Source of the DNA: Antedon mediterranea
Lineage: Eukaryota; Animalia; Echinodermata
Assembly (NCBI RefSeq): GCF_964355755.1
Contig: NC_092679.1
Span: 24,845,432 to 24,909,431, forward strand
DNA: 64,000 nucleotides
Direction: 5' to 3'
The position numbers and the translations under genes were made by a program. This document shows, piece after piece, positions 25,171-39,382 of the stretch (position 1 is its first letter; each line of letters opens with the position of its first letter). The notes under the pieces were generated by a model. The model saw only the letters and a list, made by a program, of their open reading frames with translations. It made no database searches and was not told where the DNA came from.

Positions 25171-26164
25171 GAAAACATTTTACACAAAAAAATAAAATAA
25201 AGCCACAATGTTATTATAATTATAATTGCGTATGCATGTCCAGTGTTGAGCTATATTTGTTGTACATCTGTCTGCTAATAAAAAATATCTACAGCTCGGT
25301 GACCTGACCTGGTTTTTGTCTGCCCATTTTGTCAAGCTAAATTCTACTTGCACTGAAGAAAAACATAAATAGATTGTCAATGAACATATTTTGTTATGAT
25401 ATAATATTCATCAATGTTCCTCATCTCTTTTCCAATTGACTAATTACTAAGCCTTCGTTGATTAAATCCTAGAAACCATGTAAAAAAATGACTTTAAATT
25501 GTATATAGGGTAAGAAATTCATCTCTTTAATCATCTTCAATTACCATAAATTGTAAAGCAAGAATAGAGTGTGATTGCTGGCAAGTACACAGTAAGCATA
25601 GCTACTGCAAAATATACTTTCCCTCTCTCCGTCATGTAGTAGGCCGTTGTCAACCCAAAACTAGTTTTTACCAACTATTTTATTTCCATTTATTTCTATC
25701 TCAATATTGAGAGCCATATGAGATAATAGTAATACCTGTATTTTAGCTACTAATCTGTAGACAATTGAAGTTTCATAAGTTAAAACAAAACATTCCAGAG
25801 TATTTGCGACCTATTTTACTTTAACCTTAGAACAAGTCTACTGTACAGACCTTCCAGTTGTTTTTTTTTTTTTATTGCCACCAAACATAAAAGTGTAGGC
25901 AGGAAAGTATTGTTTAGGCAGGAAGACGTCAAGGAAACACATTCTCTATAACAAAAGGTATTGTACTGTTTAGTCTATACAGTTTTTACCATTTAATTGG
26001 TTGATTTCATAGTATTATTTCTTATTGGAGGCAGATCTAGTATGAGTTTGAGGGGTGGGGGTTGGACGTGAATGATGTCATAAGCAGCATGATACTGCAG
26101 GAAGTTTAACATACGAGAATCAGCTGTAACATGTTTGTATTGGATAACCTGGAGTTCACTGATC

Positions 26165-26206
26165 AAAGCTTGGTCCACTGTCTTAACCGCTCGGCCACTC
26201 ACTCGC
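26165..26206 (-). mobile_element. SINE head fragment
   Basis: Reverse complement GAGTGAGTGGCCGAGCGGTTAAGACAGTGGA matches the head at 17707. Confidence 0.55.
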
Positions 26207-26707
26207 TCTTGTATGCATTTAGTATATTCATAATTTATTCACTTAATCAATCAATTAATAATTCACTCAATTTTATCTTCCTCATACATTTATGTATTCA
26301 ATCATTGTAAATACAAGGAATTTATTGTTTGAATATTATTATAATATATATATTTAGCCATGTAAAAAAGAGATTAAAATTATTTGTCACTTTTCAACTC
26401 ATCTACAGATTAAAAAAAATACAGTTGAAAATGACTTCTAAAAATAAGTATTTGCAGTCATTATGTGGGATAGTGTATATTCCCCAGCTGCTGCCTATAT
26501 TCAACCTTGAACTTGTAAGCATAATAATGATATTAGATGTAAAGAACACAAGTGCCGACAAATAAAACCAAGCATTCACGACCATCACAAATATACATGG
26601 CAAGGATTCAATGATGTCACTTATGAATAGCAGTCATGCAGAACCATACATTTCACTTGTCACTCGCACTACTACTATACAATTATTTTAAAAAAAAATA
26701 AAATGTA

Positions 26708-27306
26708 CAGGCGCGGATCCAAGGATGGATTTTTACTTTAGCGTTATTACCAAGAGTTGATTCCATTGTTAGTTAATAATTGCCACGATTCAACTCCTTA
26801 CGTACGTTAATATTTATTTCAAACATTTAACCACCAAACATGTGAATAATATGTGGTTAAAATATTGTATCTATCAATTATTATCAGCGCGTACTGGTTT
26901 TGATTACTACTACTTACTTACTACTGGTGTAGTGCGTATATATATAGGCTATATGGTACACATTGAACGCAAAACAAAACACTGTCGAAGAATCTGCTTG
27001 AAGAAAGATCAACAATCTGTGGTACACACAGAACACGCCAAAAATGTAATGTCATCTGTGTTTTTATTTATCAGCGAAAAATTACGATCGCTGATTTGCT
27101 GGGATTGTCATTCGCGGCCAATTAGAGGTGTCACTTATCATGAATTTTATGTGCGAGAGTACAATACCACTTTGACCATCTAGAGGTGTCATTTGCCAAA
27201 ATTTGCTTTGACACAGCCCCTACCATGGTGGGGGGACCATGGGGGAGGGTGAGGTTGTTGTTGTCAGGTCTGGACCCCATATTTTAACATATTGGATCCG
27301 CCCCTG
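26708..27306. mobile_element. hAT-type MITE with 5-bp TSD (hAT5-like)
   Basis: TIR CAGGCGCGGATCCAA / TTGGATCCGCCCCTG. ATGTA at 26703-26707 and 27307-27311. Confidence 0.75.
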
Positions 27307-28174
27307 ATGTATTCCTATTCATATATAAATTATATAATATTGGCATTTTTTAAGCAGTTTGACAAAGATAGGCTTTCTAGGTTTTATACTTCTGGCTATT
27401 GCTTTGTTCCCAGTTTAATTATATATATGGCCTGCTGGGTATTGTAAGAATTAATGCTAATTATTCATGATGATCACAATTTGTTATAACATGAATTATA
27501 TATATAATATAATAGTATATACTGTATATAAATTAGTCATGTACATGAAGGTAATATGCATAAATAATGGTTTAAGTATCCTGAATAAGTAAATATGTCT
27601 ATAATAATCACTAGTAGATGGTAGTTAGAAAATATTGTCAATCAGAAGTACATACAAATGAAAACCGCCTAGATAATTGGCTGAAAATAAAACTCCTGAA
27701 TTTATAGTAAATTATTTAAAAAACAAAACTGTTTCATATGGAATTTTTATTTTTATACTTCATAAACAAATTTTTGTTTAACTATAAATACATTTGTAGA
27801 TTAGTATAACGTATCGGTGTGATTCGTCGTATTAAGATGTATCTTCCTATGTATACTTTAAAAATGTTAGCAAATGCTTTAATTATTCCATTATTTGATT
27901 ATTGTTGCTGTGTTTGGTCCAATTGTAACATAAGTTTTTCAGATTCTCTTCAGGTTTTAATCAACAGATTAGGTAGAATATTGTTATCTGTAGACATGTA
28001 TACCCCTATTAATGATATCTTAAGTACTCTTGGATGGAGTAGACTTACAGAAAAATGGAATGAAAATATTCTTATAATGCTATTTAAATATTTAAAAGAA
28101 ATAGCTCCAAGATACTTAACAATATTATTTCAATTTACTGTAGATAACCAAAATAAATGCACCCGCTCCCAAAG

Positions 28175-29988
28175 CTAGGCTCGCACTGGCCGATCGCCAA
28201 GTCGCCATGGGCGAAAACGTTTCTAGATTGGCGAAAAATAAAACGGCTACTTTAGCCATTTTGGCGATGACATGATAAAATAGATAATTAAATAATCATT
28301 TTGGCGAAAGCATAAAGTCCAACTAAAAGGTCCATTTGTCGATCTCCAAGCATTTATTTTGTTCGTTATCACGTTGTTTACTTCAAGCTCCATTTTTCGT
28401 CAACTTGTTTCGTTGTACCAGGCGTCTCTTTGTTATTTCAAAAAGATGGAGATAGCAGAGTTAGACTGCACAGAGAGACAGACGTTACACGACACATGGA
28501 TGATGAAGTCTACCCAAACTATCACATGTTGTGCGCTGCACAAACCATCGACTACGTAGCCGACGGTCGGCTAATTACCGGGATTGTCTATTTTTCGATA
28601 GGGGTGTACTTTTCAGATTAAAAAGAAACATTATACTGTAGTATCTTCGATGAATGACGTCTTAATCTTATCGAAATCAAAAATGTATGCGTTATGCATT
28701 TTAGAGTCTTCCAATTTAATGTAGTTTCATATTTTAGCCTTAATAAACTTTCCTCGTGCGTCAGTGTAAACAAAACAACATGCGGGAAATGGTAGAGTCT
28801 AACGGGGATTTAGCTAAACACACACGTGCATCTGAGCGGGGCCGGCCGCCGGCTTCTGTGTTGTTGTGTAAATAAATAATAATCGGATAAATTTCTCGCC
28901 CTGACAGAAACGCTTCGGCGCAGCCTTGAGGGATGGAAAGACGTGTACTCTGTGCTTTGCCTATATTATCTTACGTTTAACAACGATACGAGTGTTCGTT
29001 TGCTAGGAATTTTCCTCAATATTTTTAGCATACGATATACCGTTGCGTTGTTGTACATAATTTTGTAGGCCTAGGCGCGCCGGCGGTTCTGTACTTTCGC
29101 ACCTCTTGAGCATACCCAATTTAAAAACATTAACCCGCTGCGCGGCGGCGATTCTGAGTGATTCTGGGACACGATTTTCGCCTGGTACGCCATGGAAGCC
29201 GTCACACGCGAACATGACCAGCCAAGCGTAAAAAACAAAAGTAACATAGCGTTCAGGGGATTTCAGAAAACTGTAAAATGTTTCTTATTAAATTGATAAC
29301 TGTATAAATGCTGTATGATTAAAAACAATTTGAACAATTGTTTTGATCATGTAAAAAAACAAAACAAAAAAAATATTTTTTTTAATCATACAGTGATTTA
29401 GGCATGGTTCTTTATCTCAATGCCTTACAAAAATGTTCAGGGAACAGTGTATAGACCTGTTATTATTTATTTTATTCATTTCGGCAATAAACATAAAATA
29501 ATATTTACAAAAAAAAAACATAGAAATATATATATCAAACATATATATATATATATATATACACGTTTCAAATTAATTAATTAAATTTCAGTATATCACC
29601 GGGCGGTTTAGGATTAATGTTCATTGCCTGATGTGTTTATATATATATATATATATAAATCCAAAGGCAAATTACTGAAAAAAATGACAATGCTGTGGGT
29701 ATCAGTGGCTGGATCTCAATGGAGATACAAAAATAAAAAGCGAAAAGCTAAATCAAGACGATAATCATATATATATATATATATATGTTGACATAGATAA
29801 ATTGACTAAAATGTTTTTACCACTATATTTCACAAATTTTAAATTTTGGCTATAAAAACCGATTCATTTGGCTAAATAAAAAAATTTGACTTTAGCCATT
29901 TTGGCTATAGATAAACTGATTTGACTAAAAAAAATATTTTGACTTTCGCCAAATGGCTAAACAAAATGAAATGTTAGTGCTACCCCAG
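28175..29988. mobile_element. Non-autonomous TIR element, 5-bp TSD
   Basis: Ends CTAGGCTCGCACTGGC / GTTAGTGCTACCCCAG (imperfect TIR). TSD CAAAG (28170-28174, 29989-29993). TGGCGAA/TTAGCCA subterminal arrays. Confidence 0.8.
29592..29763 (-). mobile_element. Truncated copy of Penelope-like family P2 in a (TA)n region
   Basis: Near-identical to 62895-63071, including the internal (TA)n. Lacks the hammerhead. Confidence 0.75.
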
Positions 29989-30582
29989 CAAAGTAATAAT
30001 GACTTATCTATTCCATTATGAAATAACTCTCAGGGTAAAAGAACTTTTGTTTATAGATCAACTAAATTATGGAATTCTCTACCAAATAACATAAAATCAG
30101 AACTGCATAATATGTCTTTGGCAACTTTTAAATCTTCACTATAGAAAACATATATGTATTAACCTTTTTGCCTTCACAATAGTTTTATATCTGTTTTCTT
30201 TCCTTTTGTTTTTCTTTTTATTTTATTTTTGTTGTAAATATGTTTACTGAACCACTTTGGAAATCAGTACATTTGTATTGAAAGTGTATTTCAGTTTAAA
30301 GAAAGAAGAAATAAATAAATAAATAAATATAACATTTGTAGATAAATATAATGTTACCAAGAATGGATTTATCTTGCGTATTTGTCTTCTTTTTAATAAT
30401 TGTGTTGTTAAAGATAATTCTATTGATCTCTTTTTTGACCGTTATAATTGTTTTTGTAATAAAATTAGTAAGATTGTATAACTTTGTTTTGTATAGGCCT
30501 TTAAATTATATATTTATATTTTATTCCATTCTGTAAGTGGCGGGTTTCCTGCTGTTGAATGAGATTGTAAATAAATAAATAA

Positions 30583-31273
30583 ACTAGAAAGCCACTCCGA
30601 GAGGGCATACCTCCGCCTACTGTAAAATTCTCCTACATAAAATTTCTCCGGTAAAAAAAAAATATATATATATTTGTGTGTGTCTTAATGCTGTTTGTGA
30701 TTTAGGCTAATTTCATTACAAGCATTTGTATGCGCGGGTTTGGTGTAATGGTTATGTAACAAGCCTTTCAATTAACAATAGCTTCAGTCGACTAACAATA
30801 GAACAGCAACGCGAAAATCAAACGAGTGAATTTGAAAAGAAATAGGTTTTTTAAACTATTCGCATCAAAAAACGTGCACATTAAATCAAATTATGTTTTA
30901 AAATTACAAATCGCAAATTATAACTCTTGCCTCTTGTTAAAAAATGAAGTTTTTTGGACAAGTAGTTCTCGAGAAAATGCAATTTCAGTTTACTTGTTAC
31001 TTTAAGACTGCTCGCCGGCTTTTGAAAAATTCTGTCCTATCTTTTAACACTAGCTGGTCTAAAAAAGTATACTAAAAAGTGGTCCAGAATTGGGACTGTG
31101 GTCCCAAATGGTCCCAAAATTTAATGGAATGGTCCTTGACCACATATCTATATGTCTATTCATTTTGGTAAAGATCTTGTAATTACTTTTTGAGTAATCC
31201 TGCTAACAAACAAACAAACAAACAAACAAACAAACACACGCTACCGATTACATATACCTCCTTGGCGGAGGTA
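30583..31273 (-). mobile_element. Non-autonomous Helentron (HINE/DINE-like), complete
   Basis: Minus strand: TTACCTCCGCCAAGGAGGT (subTIR + hairpin), (GTTT)n microsatellite, 3' GGCGGAGGT subTIR, hairpin and CTAGT. Inserted in a (TAAA)n tract without TSD. Confidence 0.85.
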
Positions 31274-31390
31274 AATAAATAAATAACCACATATCAACCA
31301 TATAAAAAACCGACTGATTGACAGAGTTATGTGCATGTCGTCTCACCTATTTCTTTCCCTCTTTCATAAAAGTTCATCATAGTCAAAATA

Positions 31391-32245
31391 GAGTGTTGCC
31401 AAAGTGCGAGTCAACGAGGCACGCATAATACACGCAATCCACGCAATGCATGCAATCAAAGATTATATTCTTTGATGCAATCAACGGAAAAAATACCAAC
31501 AGCGAGCGAGCCTTCGAATAATAATAAGTTTTCGTTAATATTTGTGTACAATTCATAAACATTTATGAATCACTTACCGTTAATGTAATTATGTTAACAA
31601 TTTCGAATATCCAAATGCGACTTCGATGTTTACAGTTAGTTTTAGGTGGTGCCTGGTCACCGTCTAAGAAGCCTAGCTAGCTAGCCTAGGCCCTATCTAT
31701 ATAGTATACTGTAGCCCGCCCGCCGGGGAGTAGAGACGGCTATTCGCTGTATGCCTAGTACGCTCTAGCTTCCCTTAGTTTCTGTGTTTTGTTTGTTTGT
31801 AACTGGTTTTTGGCAATAAATAATAATAATAATAATAAATAATATCAACGCTGTCAGTGGACGAAATACAGTTATAGATTACAGATATTTTAAATCTAAG
31901 TCTTGTGAAACGTATTTTTTTCAACAAAATATCATCTAGTAGGAAGCCCTATATTGTATTAGGGGCTAGACTACTAGGCCTGGGCTGTGTGGTGGGCTGT
32001 GTGGTGGGCCGGCGGGGGACATTTTGAAAAAAAATAACTACAAGCGAGACCAACAAGAAGGGAGCAGCAGGCAGGCTTGACTTTATTTTAGTAGTAGTAG
32101 GCCTACTAGTAGGGTATGTTTAGAACAACATAACATAAAATAATGATTTTATTTTATAATTCTCCTCTCTAATGTTTCATATGAACATACTAGATTATAT
32201 TAAATTATTTAATATGTTTTATGGTGCCTCGCACTTTTGGTACAA
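31391..32245. mobile_element. Diverged MULE-like element related to 19440-21469
   Basis: GAGTGTTGCCAAAGTGCGAG ... GCCTCGCACTTTTGG. TSD not resolved. Confidence 0.55.
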
Positions 32246-32256
32246 TAGTGCAGCTA

Positions 32257-32337
32257 CACTTCGTACTGACTCGCTTGAATTGCAATTAACATGGTCACTT
32301 CGTACTGACTCGCTTGAATTGCAATTAACATGGTCAC
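32257..32337 (+). repeat. 39-bp tandem duplication
   Basis: CACTTCGTACTGACTCGCTTGAATTGCAATTAACATGGT x2. Confidence 0.9.
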
Positions 32338-32635
32338 GTGGGCCGTTGACTCCACTGACTCCAATGAATCCATGGCTTGCAGTTGGTCAATACCCTCAAA
32401 ATAGCATGTGCAGATTTTCTTCCAAGTTTCAATATGTTCTTGCTCAGACAATTCTTATTTTTATTTTGATGATGTCATTATGTTAAAAATTAGAATAATT
32501 GATGGTCCTGTAATTTCATTTCAATTCAATCGATTAAAATGACCTTAAAATTCACTCTAATGACCGCCAATTAATTGTTCAGCTCAGATTGCAACCCCCT
32601 CCTCCGCTCTCTCAAGCCAATTTATTAATTTGTTT

Positions 32636-35600
32636 TGTCACACCAAAATCAGTCCGGGCCAAAATCGGTCCGGCGGACCAGTTTTGGCTGCCAAAATCAG
32701 TCCGGGGGACCATTTATGGCTGCCAAAACCTGTCCGGCCGGACCAATTTTGGCCGCCAAAACTGGTCCGGCCTGGATAAAATCGGTCCGGGCAGTAGGAC
32801 TGTTTTTGGCCGCCAAATATGGTCCGGTCTTACAAATATATGGTGCGCAAAATGAGTCATAATGTATATATCATTAAAAAAAGGTCATTATATTGAAAAC
32901 TACGGGGTTTTATTTGTTATTTTAATATTATAAATTAAGCCTGTTTTTGTTATTATCATTATTAGTAGTAACTCATCAATAATTAGTACTAATTGTTAGG
33001 CTTTTTGTATACAATATGTATCTCTGCCTGTTTTTAATCCATTTTGTTCTTTTTTAACATCTTCGTTTCCCCATGATGTTAAAAACAATTTAATTTATTA
33101 ATTATTTATGGTTAATCAATCAATATATCAATTCAATACAATTATTATAAAACAACTAGACTTGAACTCGTCACTTCGGACGAGTTAGGTTATCCGCAGC
33201 GCAAAGGCCACGTCACCAAAGGCCACGGCACATCATACGTTAGAATATTGCGCAAATAAAAACGATTATGCCATTGAAACAATTTCATTGTGCTCTCTAT
33301 TTTGTGTCCCGTCTAAGTATATACAGTATACACTATATCCTGTATACGTACTACATACAGTGCAGAATAGGTGAAAATAAGTGACTAAAGTTATTGACGC
33401 TTTTGAACATGATGACGTCATCACAATTTTACAAATGGCAAATCATGTGAAAGATAATTGATGGACTTAGACAATATAAAGAAATGGGGGAAATTGAAGA
33501 CGGATAAGTAGAGATGCGCTCTATTAAATTCGACGAGCTATGACGAAAGAGAAAAAAATCCTATATTTTATATTCGGGTGGCCATACGATGACGTCACAA
33601 TGTCCGGTTAGCCATATCAATGCATGATTCGAGAAATAAAACTCACCTATTTCCAGAATATGTAATTTAAAAAAAGTTCACCATGTAGTTTAGAATTTAT
33701 GACTGTTTAAAAAAAGGTCTAATTTTGACGAATTTTTCAAGTTTTTCATAAAAAACGGGCGCAAATTATCCAATTCTACGTGCTCGTGTGACGTGATTTT
33801 AAGTCGAAATTGATTGAAAATTGATAAATTTACTAGAAAAGGCTGAAAAAACAAAAATCAAGCAAAAAAAAGATGTTTTTGCGCTACGTGCGCACGCGCG
33901 CGTACAAAATTTGCGCACGCGTGGGAAATTTTGAAATGCTCAAAATGACATGAAACGCGTAGAAAGTTGATTAGAAATGAATTTAGCGCATTTTGAAATT
34001 TTGAACGCGCATGCGCGCGTAACTTTATGTAAAACATGCCATTTTTAATCCACAGAAAGTTTGCGCATGCTTTGATTTAAATTTTCACAAAGTTTCAATA
34101 CAAGATGACTTTTGGTTTTTAATCTATGATCAATCATTGAAATTCATAAAATCACGCGTAACTTACGCTGCGCAACTCTGAAATCGCCGAAAAGCTTGGC
34201 TGCACATCTACAGCTACAGGTTAATTTTATGACAAAGTTATACAATCTTATGTTGGCCAGTATTAGAGATACGCTGCGAACAAAATTCGTGGAAAGAAAG
34301 AAGATTAAAGACTAGACATGTAACTCGTCACTTTGACGAGTTTGGTTATCCGCCGCGCAAGTGGTGCAACATTAACATTAAGGGGATAGGTTGAGGACAA
34401 AAGGAAGTGTTCACGTTGGCATTATGACCTGAACTGAAGAATATGATATGTTACAGTGCAGAATAGGTGAAATTACGGGACCCGCTATTTATTGCAATTT
34501 TTAACATGTTGACGGTTTTAAAATGAAACGGGAAGGTAGCAATTCCGAAAGGAAATTATCTCAGCAACAACGTATTAGCGTGTAGAAGAAATTTGAATAC
34601 GTGAAATATTGATGCGCGCTCTTTTAAATGTAATGAATTATGACGCAAAAGATGAAAATACGACCTTTTTTATTTAACTGGCCATATGATGACGTCACAA
34701 CATCCGATTGGCAACATTTTTACATAATTTCGTATCTACAATCCAATAGCTTCCAGAAAAAGTTTTAATCGTGATTATCAAGTTTTATTCTTACGAGCTA
34801 TAACAGATTAAAATTTACTGTAAAGATGAAATTGATGCCACACGTGATTAAAATTTTTAGGCATGATGACGTCAAAAAAATTAAAATATTTTTAACTCAT
34901 GCGAAAGATACTTGATTGACCTAGACAAAATCAAAATCGGGGTGAAAATGGAAAACGGATAAGTGGAGATGCGCTCTATTCAATGTGATGAGCTATGACG
35001 AAAGATACAAAAATCCTAAATTTTATATTCGCGTGGCCATACGATGACGTCACAATGTCCGGTTAGCCATATTAATACCTGATCCGATATCTAAAATTCA
35101 TCTACTTCCAGAATATGCCATCCACAAAAAGTTGACCGTCTAGTTTAGAAATTACGACTGTTTAAAAAAAGGCATATTTTAACCGAATTTTTTAACCTTT
35201 TCATAAAAAACGCGCGCAAATTGTCCAATTCGACGTGCTCGTATGACGTATCTTTAAGTCGAAATTGTTTAAAATTTGGTAAAATTACTAGAAAAGGCTG
35301 AAAAAATATAAATCACGCGAAAAAAGTACGTTTTCAATACTACGTGCGCACCGCACACGTAAAAATGTGCGCACGCGTGGGAATTTTTGACATGCTTAAA
35401 ACGACATGAAACGCGTAGAAAGTTGATTATAAATTAATTTTGCGCATTTTGAAATTTTAAATGCGCGTGCGCGCGTAACTTTGTGTAAAACACGCAATTT
35501 TTTTTCAACAGAAATTAAGCGCATGATATAAATTAAACTTTTGCAAAGTTTCAAGTTGAAATGTTATTTGGTTGTCGAGCTATGTTAAATACGACAAAAT

Positions 35601-38600
35601 CGTTAAATCGCGCGTAAGTCACGTTGCGCAATTGTAAAAGTCATGAAAAGCTTCGCTTGACGACGTTACGTAAATGTCAATATGTTAAGATAGTTACCGA
35701 AATGTTATGTTTGCGAGTTTTAGAGAAAAGCGTTACACAAAAATCATACAGGTTGATTTCGTACAATCACAAGAGGTTATCCTGCAACTTCGTTGCGGAT
35801 AACCAAAAAAAAAAAACTAGACATGTAACTCGTCACTTTGACGAGTTAGTTATCCGCACGACAAAGGCCACGTGCACGTCATACGTTAGAATATTGCACA
35901 CAGAAAAAGATTATGGCAATATGACCTGAACTGAAGAATATGATATGTTGTTATTGCTGAATTCTGTTATTTTTTGTCATATATAGTATATACAATATAA
36001 TCTGTATACATATTACATACAGTGTAGAATAGGTGAAATGACTGGACCCGCCATTTATTCCAATTTTTAACATGGCGACGGTATCAAAATGAAACACTAA
36101 GATAGCAATTTCGGAAGGAAATTATCTCGGCAACAACATATTAACGTGTAGAAGAAATTTAAATACGTAAAATATTGATGCGCGCTCTTTTAAATGTGAT
36201 GAATTATGACGCAAAAGATGAAAATACGACTTTTTTTATTTAACTGGTCATATGATGACGTCACAACATCCGATTGGGAAAATGTTTACATAAATTCGTA
36301 TCTACAATCCAATAGCTTCCAGAAAACGTTTTAATCATGATTATCACGTTTTATTCTGACGAGCTATAACAGATTAAAATTTACTGTAAAGACGAAAATA
36401 AGTGACCCACGTTATTTACATTTTTAGACATGATGACGTCATAAAAATTAAAATATTTTTAACTCATACGAAAGATAGTTGATTGACCTAGATAATATAA
36501 AAATCGGGGTAAAAATGGAAAACAGATAATTGGAGATGCGCTCTATTAAATGTCATGCGCTATGATGAAAGATACAAAAACCCTATATTTTATATTCGCA
36601 TGGCCATACGGTGACGTCACAATGTTCGGTTAGCCATATTAATGCATGATCCAAAATCTACAACTCATCAACTTTCAGAATATGCAAAAAAAATTACTTT
36701 CACCGTTTAGTTTAGGAACTACGACTGTTTAAAAAAGGGCATAATTTTGACAAATTTTGACAATTTTTTGAACTTTTTCATCAAAAATGCACGTAAATTA
36801 TCCAATTCAACGTGCCCGTATGACGTAATTTTAAGTCGAAATTGTTCAAAAGTTGGTAAAATTACTAGAAAAGGCTGGAAAAACATAAATCACGCGAAAA
36901 AAAATTGTTTTCAACGCTACGTGCGTACCGCGCGCGTAAAAATTTGAGCGCACGTGGGAATTTTTTACATGCTCTAAATGACATGAAACGCGTAGAAAGT
37001 TGATTAGATATTGATTTTTCGCATTTTGAAATTTTAAACGCGCGTGCACGCGTAACTTCGTGTGAAACATGCCAATTTTTTTTCACATTCAGTTAGCGCA
37101 AGATATCAATTAAACTTTTGTTAAGTTTCAATTTAAATTGCTATATGGTTTTCAATCTATGTTAAATAGGCGAAATTCGTAAAAATGCGCGTAAGTCATG
37201 TTGCGCAACTCTGACGTCATTCAAAAATAGGAGGTGCACAACTTCACCTGAATGATCTCATGCTGACAAAGTTATAACATGTTATGTTTACACGTTTTTG
37301 AGATACGCGAGACACAAAAATAGAGGAGAAAGAAAGAAAAAAAAAACTAGATTTGAACTCGTCACTTTGACTAGTTCGGGTTATCCGCGCAAACGCAACC
37401 ATGCACATACTTAACCATATGAACCTCGACAATTATTATGCCATCCTATGACATGAAATAAATATGTTTACAGTGCTGAATTGTACCTATTATGTAGCAT
37501 ATATCATATTACAGTGTTTTACAGAATAAACTGTATATGTTATATACAGTGTAGAATAGACGAAATTACGAGACCCATCTTTTAAATCCAATTATTAACA
37601 CAATGGCGTCATCAAATTGACATATAAAGATAACAATTTTAACAGATAATTATCTAAATAATTACATTATTGCAAATTTGAAGAATGTTGGGCACGTAAA
37701 ATTGAGATGCGCTCTCGTTTAAACGCAATGAACTTTTACGCAAGAGATGAAAATACCACTTTTTGAACTCAACTAGCCATATGATGACGTCACAACATGT
37801 GATTGGCAAAATATTCACATGAATTCGTATCTACAATCAAATAGCTTCCAGAAAACGTATTAATCATGATTATCACTTTTTATTCTAACGAGCTATAACA
37901 GATTGAAATTTACTGTAATGATGAAAATAAGTGACCCACGTTATGCACGCTTTTAATCATGATGACGTCATCACAATTTAAAAAATGTTAAATCATGCGA
38001 AAGATAATTGATTGACCAAGACAATATAAAAAACGGAGGGAAATGGAATAAGGATAAGTGCAAATGCGCTCAAATAAATGTGATGAGCTATGACGAAAAA
38101 GACAAAAATCCTATATTTTATATTCGAGTGGCCATATGATGACGTCACAATGTCCAGTTAGCCATATTGATCCATGATCCGATATCTACAACTCATCAAC
38201 ATCCAGAATATGTAATTAAAAAAAAGTTCACCGTGTAGTTTAGAATCTATGACTGTTTAAAAAAAGGCTTAATTTTGGCGAATTTTTTAACTTTTTCATC
38301 AAAAACGCCCACAAATTGTCCAATTCGACGTGCTCGTATGACGTGATTTTAAATCGAAATTGTTAGACAGTTGGTCAAATTACTAGAAAAGACTGGAAAA
38401 ACATAAATCACGCGAAAAAAAAGGTTTTTAGCGCTACGTGCGCACCGCGCGCGTAAAAATATGCGCTCACGTGGGAATTTTTGACATGCTTAAAATGACA
38501 TGAAATGCGTAGAAAGTTGATTAGAAATTGATTTTGCGCATTCCGAAATTTTAAACGTGCGTGCGCGCGTAACTTTTTGTGAAACATGCCATTTTTAATC

Positions 38601-39382
38601 CATTGAAAGTTTGCTCTTGATATGACTTAAATTTTCACCAAGCGTCAATATAAAATGACTTTTGGTTTTTAATCTATGATCAATCATTGAAATTCATAAA
38701 ATTGCGCGTAACTTACGCTGCGCGACTCTAAAGTAAAAAAACGAAATGTCCTGCACTTCTACAGTTAAAGGTCAATCTTCTGACAAAATTATACGATGTA
38801 ATGTTGATAAGAATTTGAGATACACGTGACACAAAATTCTGGGAAAGAAAGAAGAATAAGATAGAAAAAAAAAAAAAAGATCCTTACAATAACAAGGGGT
38901 TATCCGCCAAGTGCGGATAACCAAAAAAAAAGTAACAGGACAGTTACAAGGAGTTATCCGCTGAGTGCGGATAACTAAAAAAAGATCGTGACAATAACAA
39001 GAGGTTTTCCGCCAAGTGCGGATAACCAATTATCCAATATTGATTAGGCTGAGGAAGGAAAAAGGCCTCAATCATAAATAAAATCTAGCTGGCAATATCA
39101 GCGTCTCATACCCGTTCGTGTGAGTGTGTGGCAGGCCGAAATATGAGTGAACACCTAAGTCATGTTTTTAGATAAAATACATTTATTTATAGTATTTATC
39201 CGACAAGATAACTTACTAATATATATCATGGGATATTTTTCTAGCCATAAACAACTTAAAACAGCATCATAGGCCTAGTAATTCAATTAAAATCGACAGA
39301 AGAAAAGCCCGGACCAATTTTGGACTGCTTTTGGCCACAATTTTAGAGCCAATACTGGCCCCGGACCATATTTATCGTGACA
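32636..39382. mobile_element. Ginger-like non-autonomous DNA transposon hosting the Helentron stack
   Basis: TGTCAC...GTGACA termini, 4-bp TSD GTTT (32632-32635, 39383-39386), GGTCCG/CGGACC and CCAAAA subterminal arrays at both ends. TGT..ACA termini with a 4-bp TSD fit Ginger. Confidence 0.7.
33155..39027 (-). mobile_element. Four nested non-autonomous Helentrons (unit bodies start at 33155, 34311, 35816, 37346)
   Basis: Each unit has the 3' terminus (+ strand ACTAGA..AACTCGTC..GAC(G/T)AGTT..GTTATCCGC). 5' hairpins GTT(A/T)TCC..GCGGATAAC at ~35775-35804, 38898-38922, 38952-38976 and 39003-39027. No TSD, no ORF. Confidence 0.9.

Larger units (their letters stand above)
27800..30328 (+). mobile_element. 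5'-truncated CR1/L2-group LINE split by the insertion at 28175-29988
   Basis: ALIIPLFDYCCCVWSN..LGWSRL..CTRSQ|SNNDLSIP..GKRTFVYRSTKLWNSLP rejoins in frame after removing the insert and one CAAAG copy. (TAAA)n tail. Confidence 0.85.
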
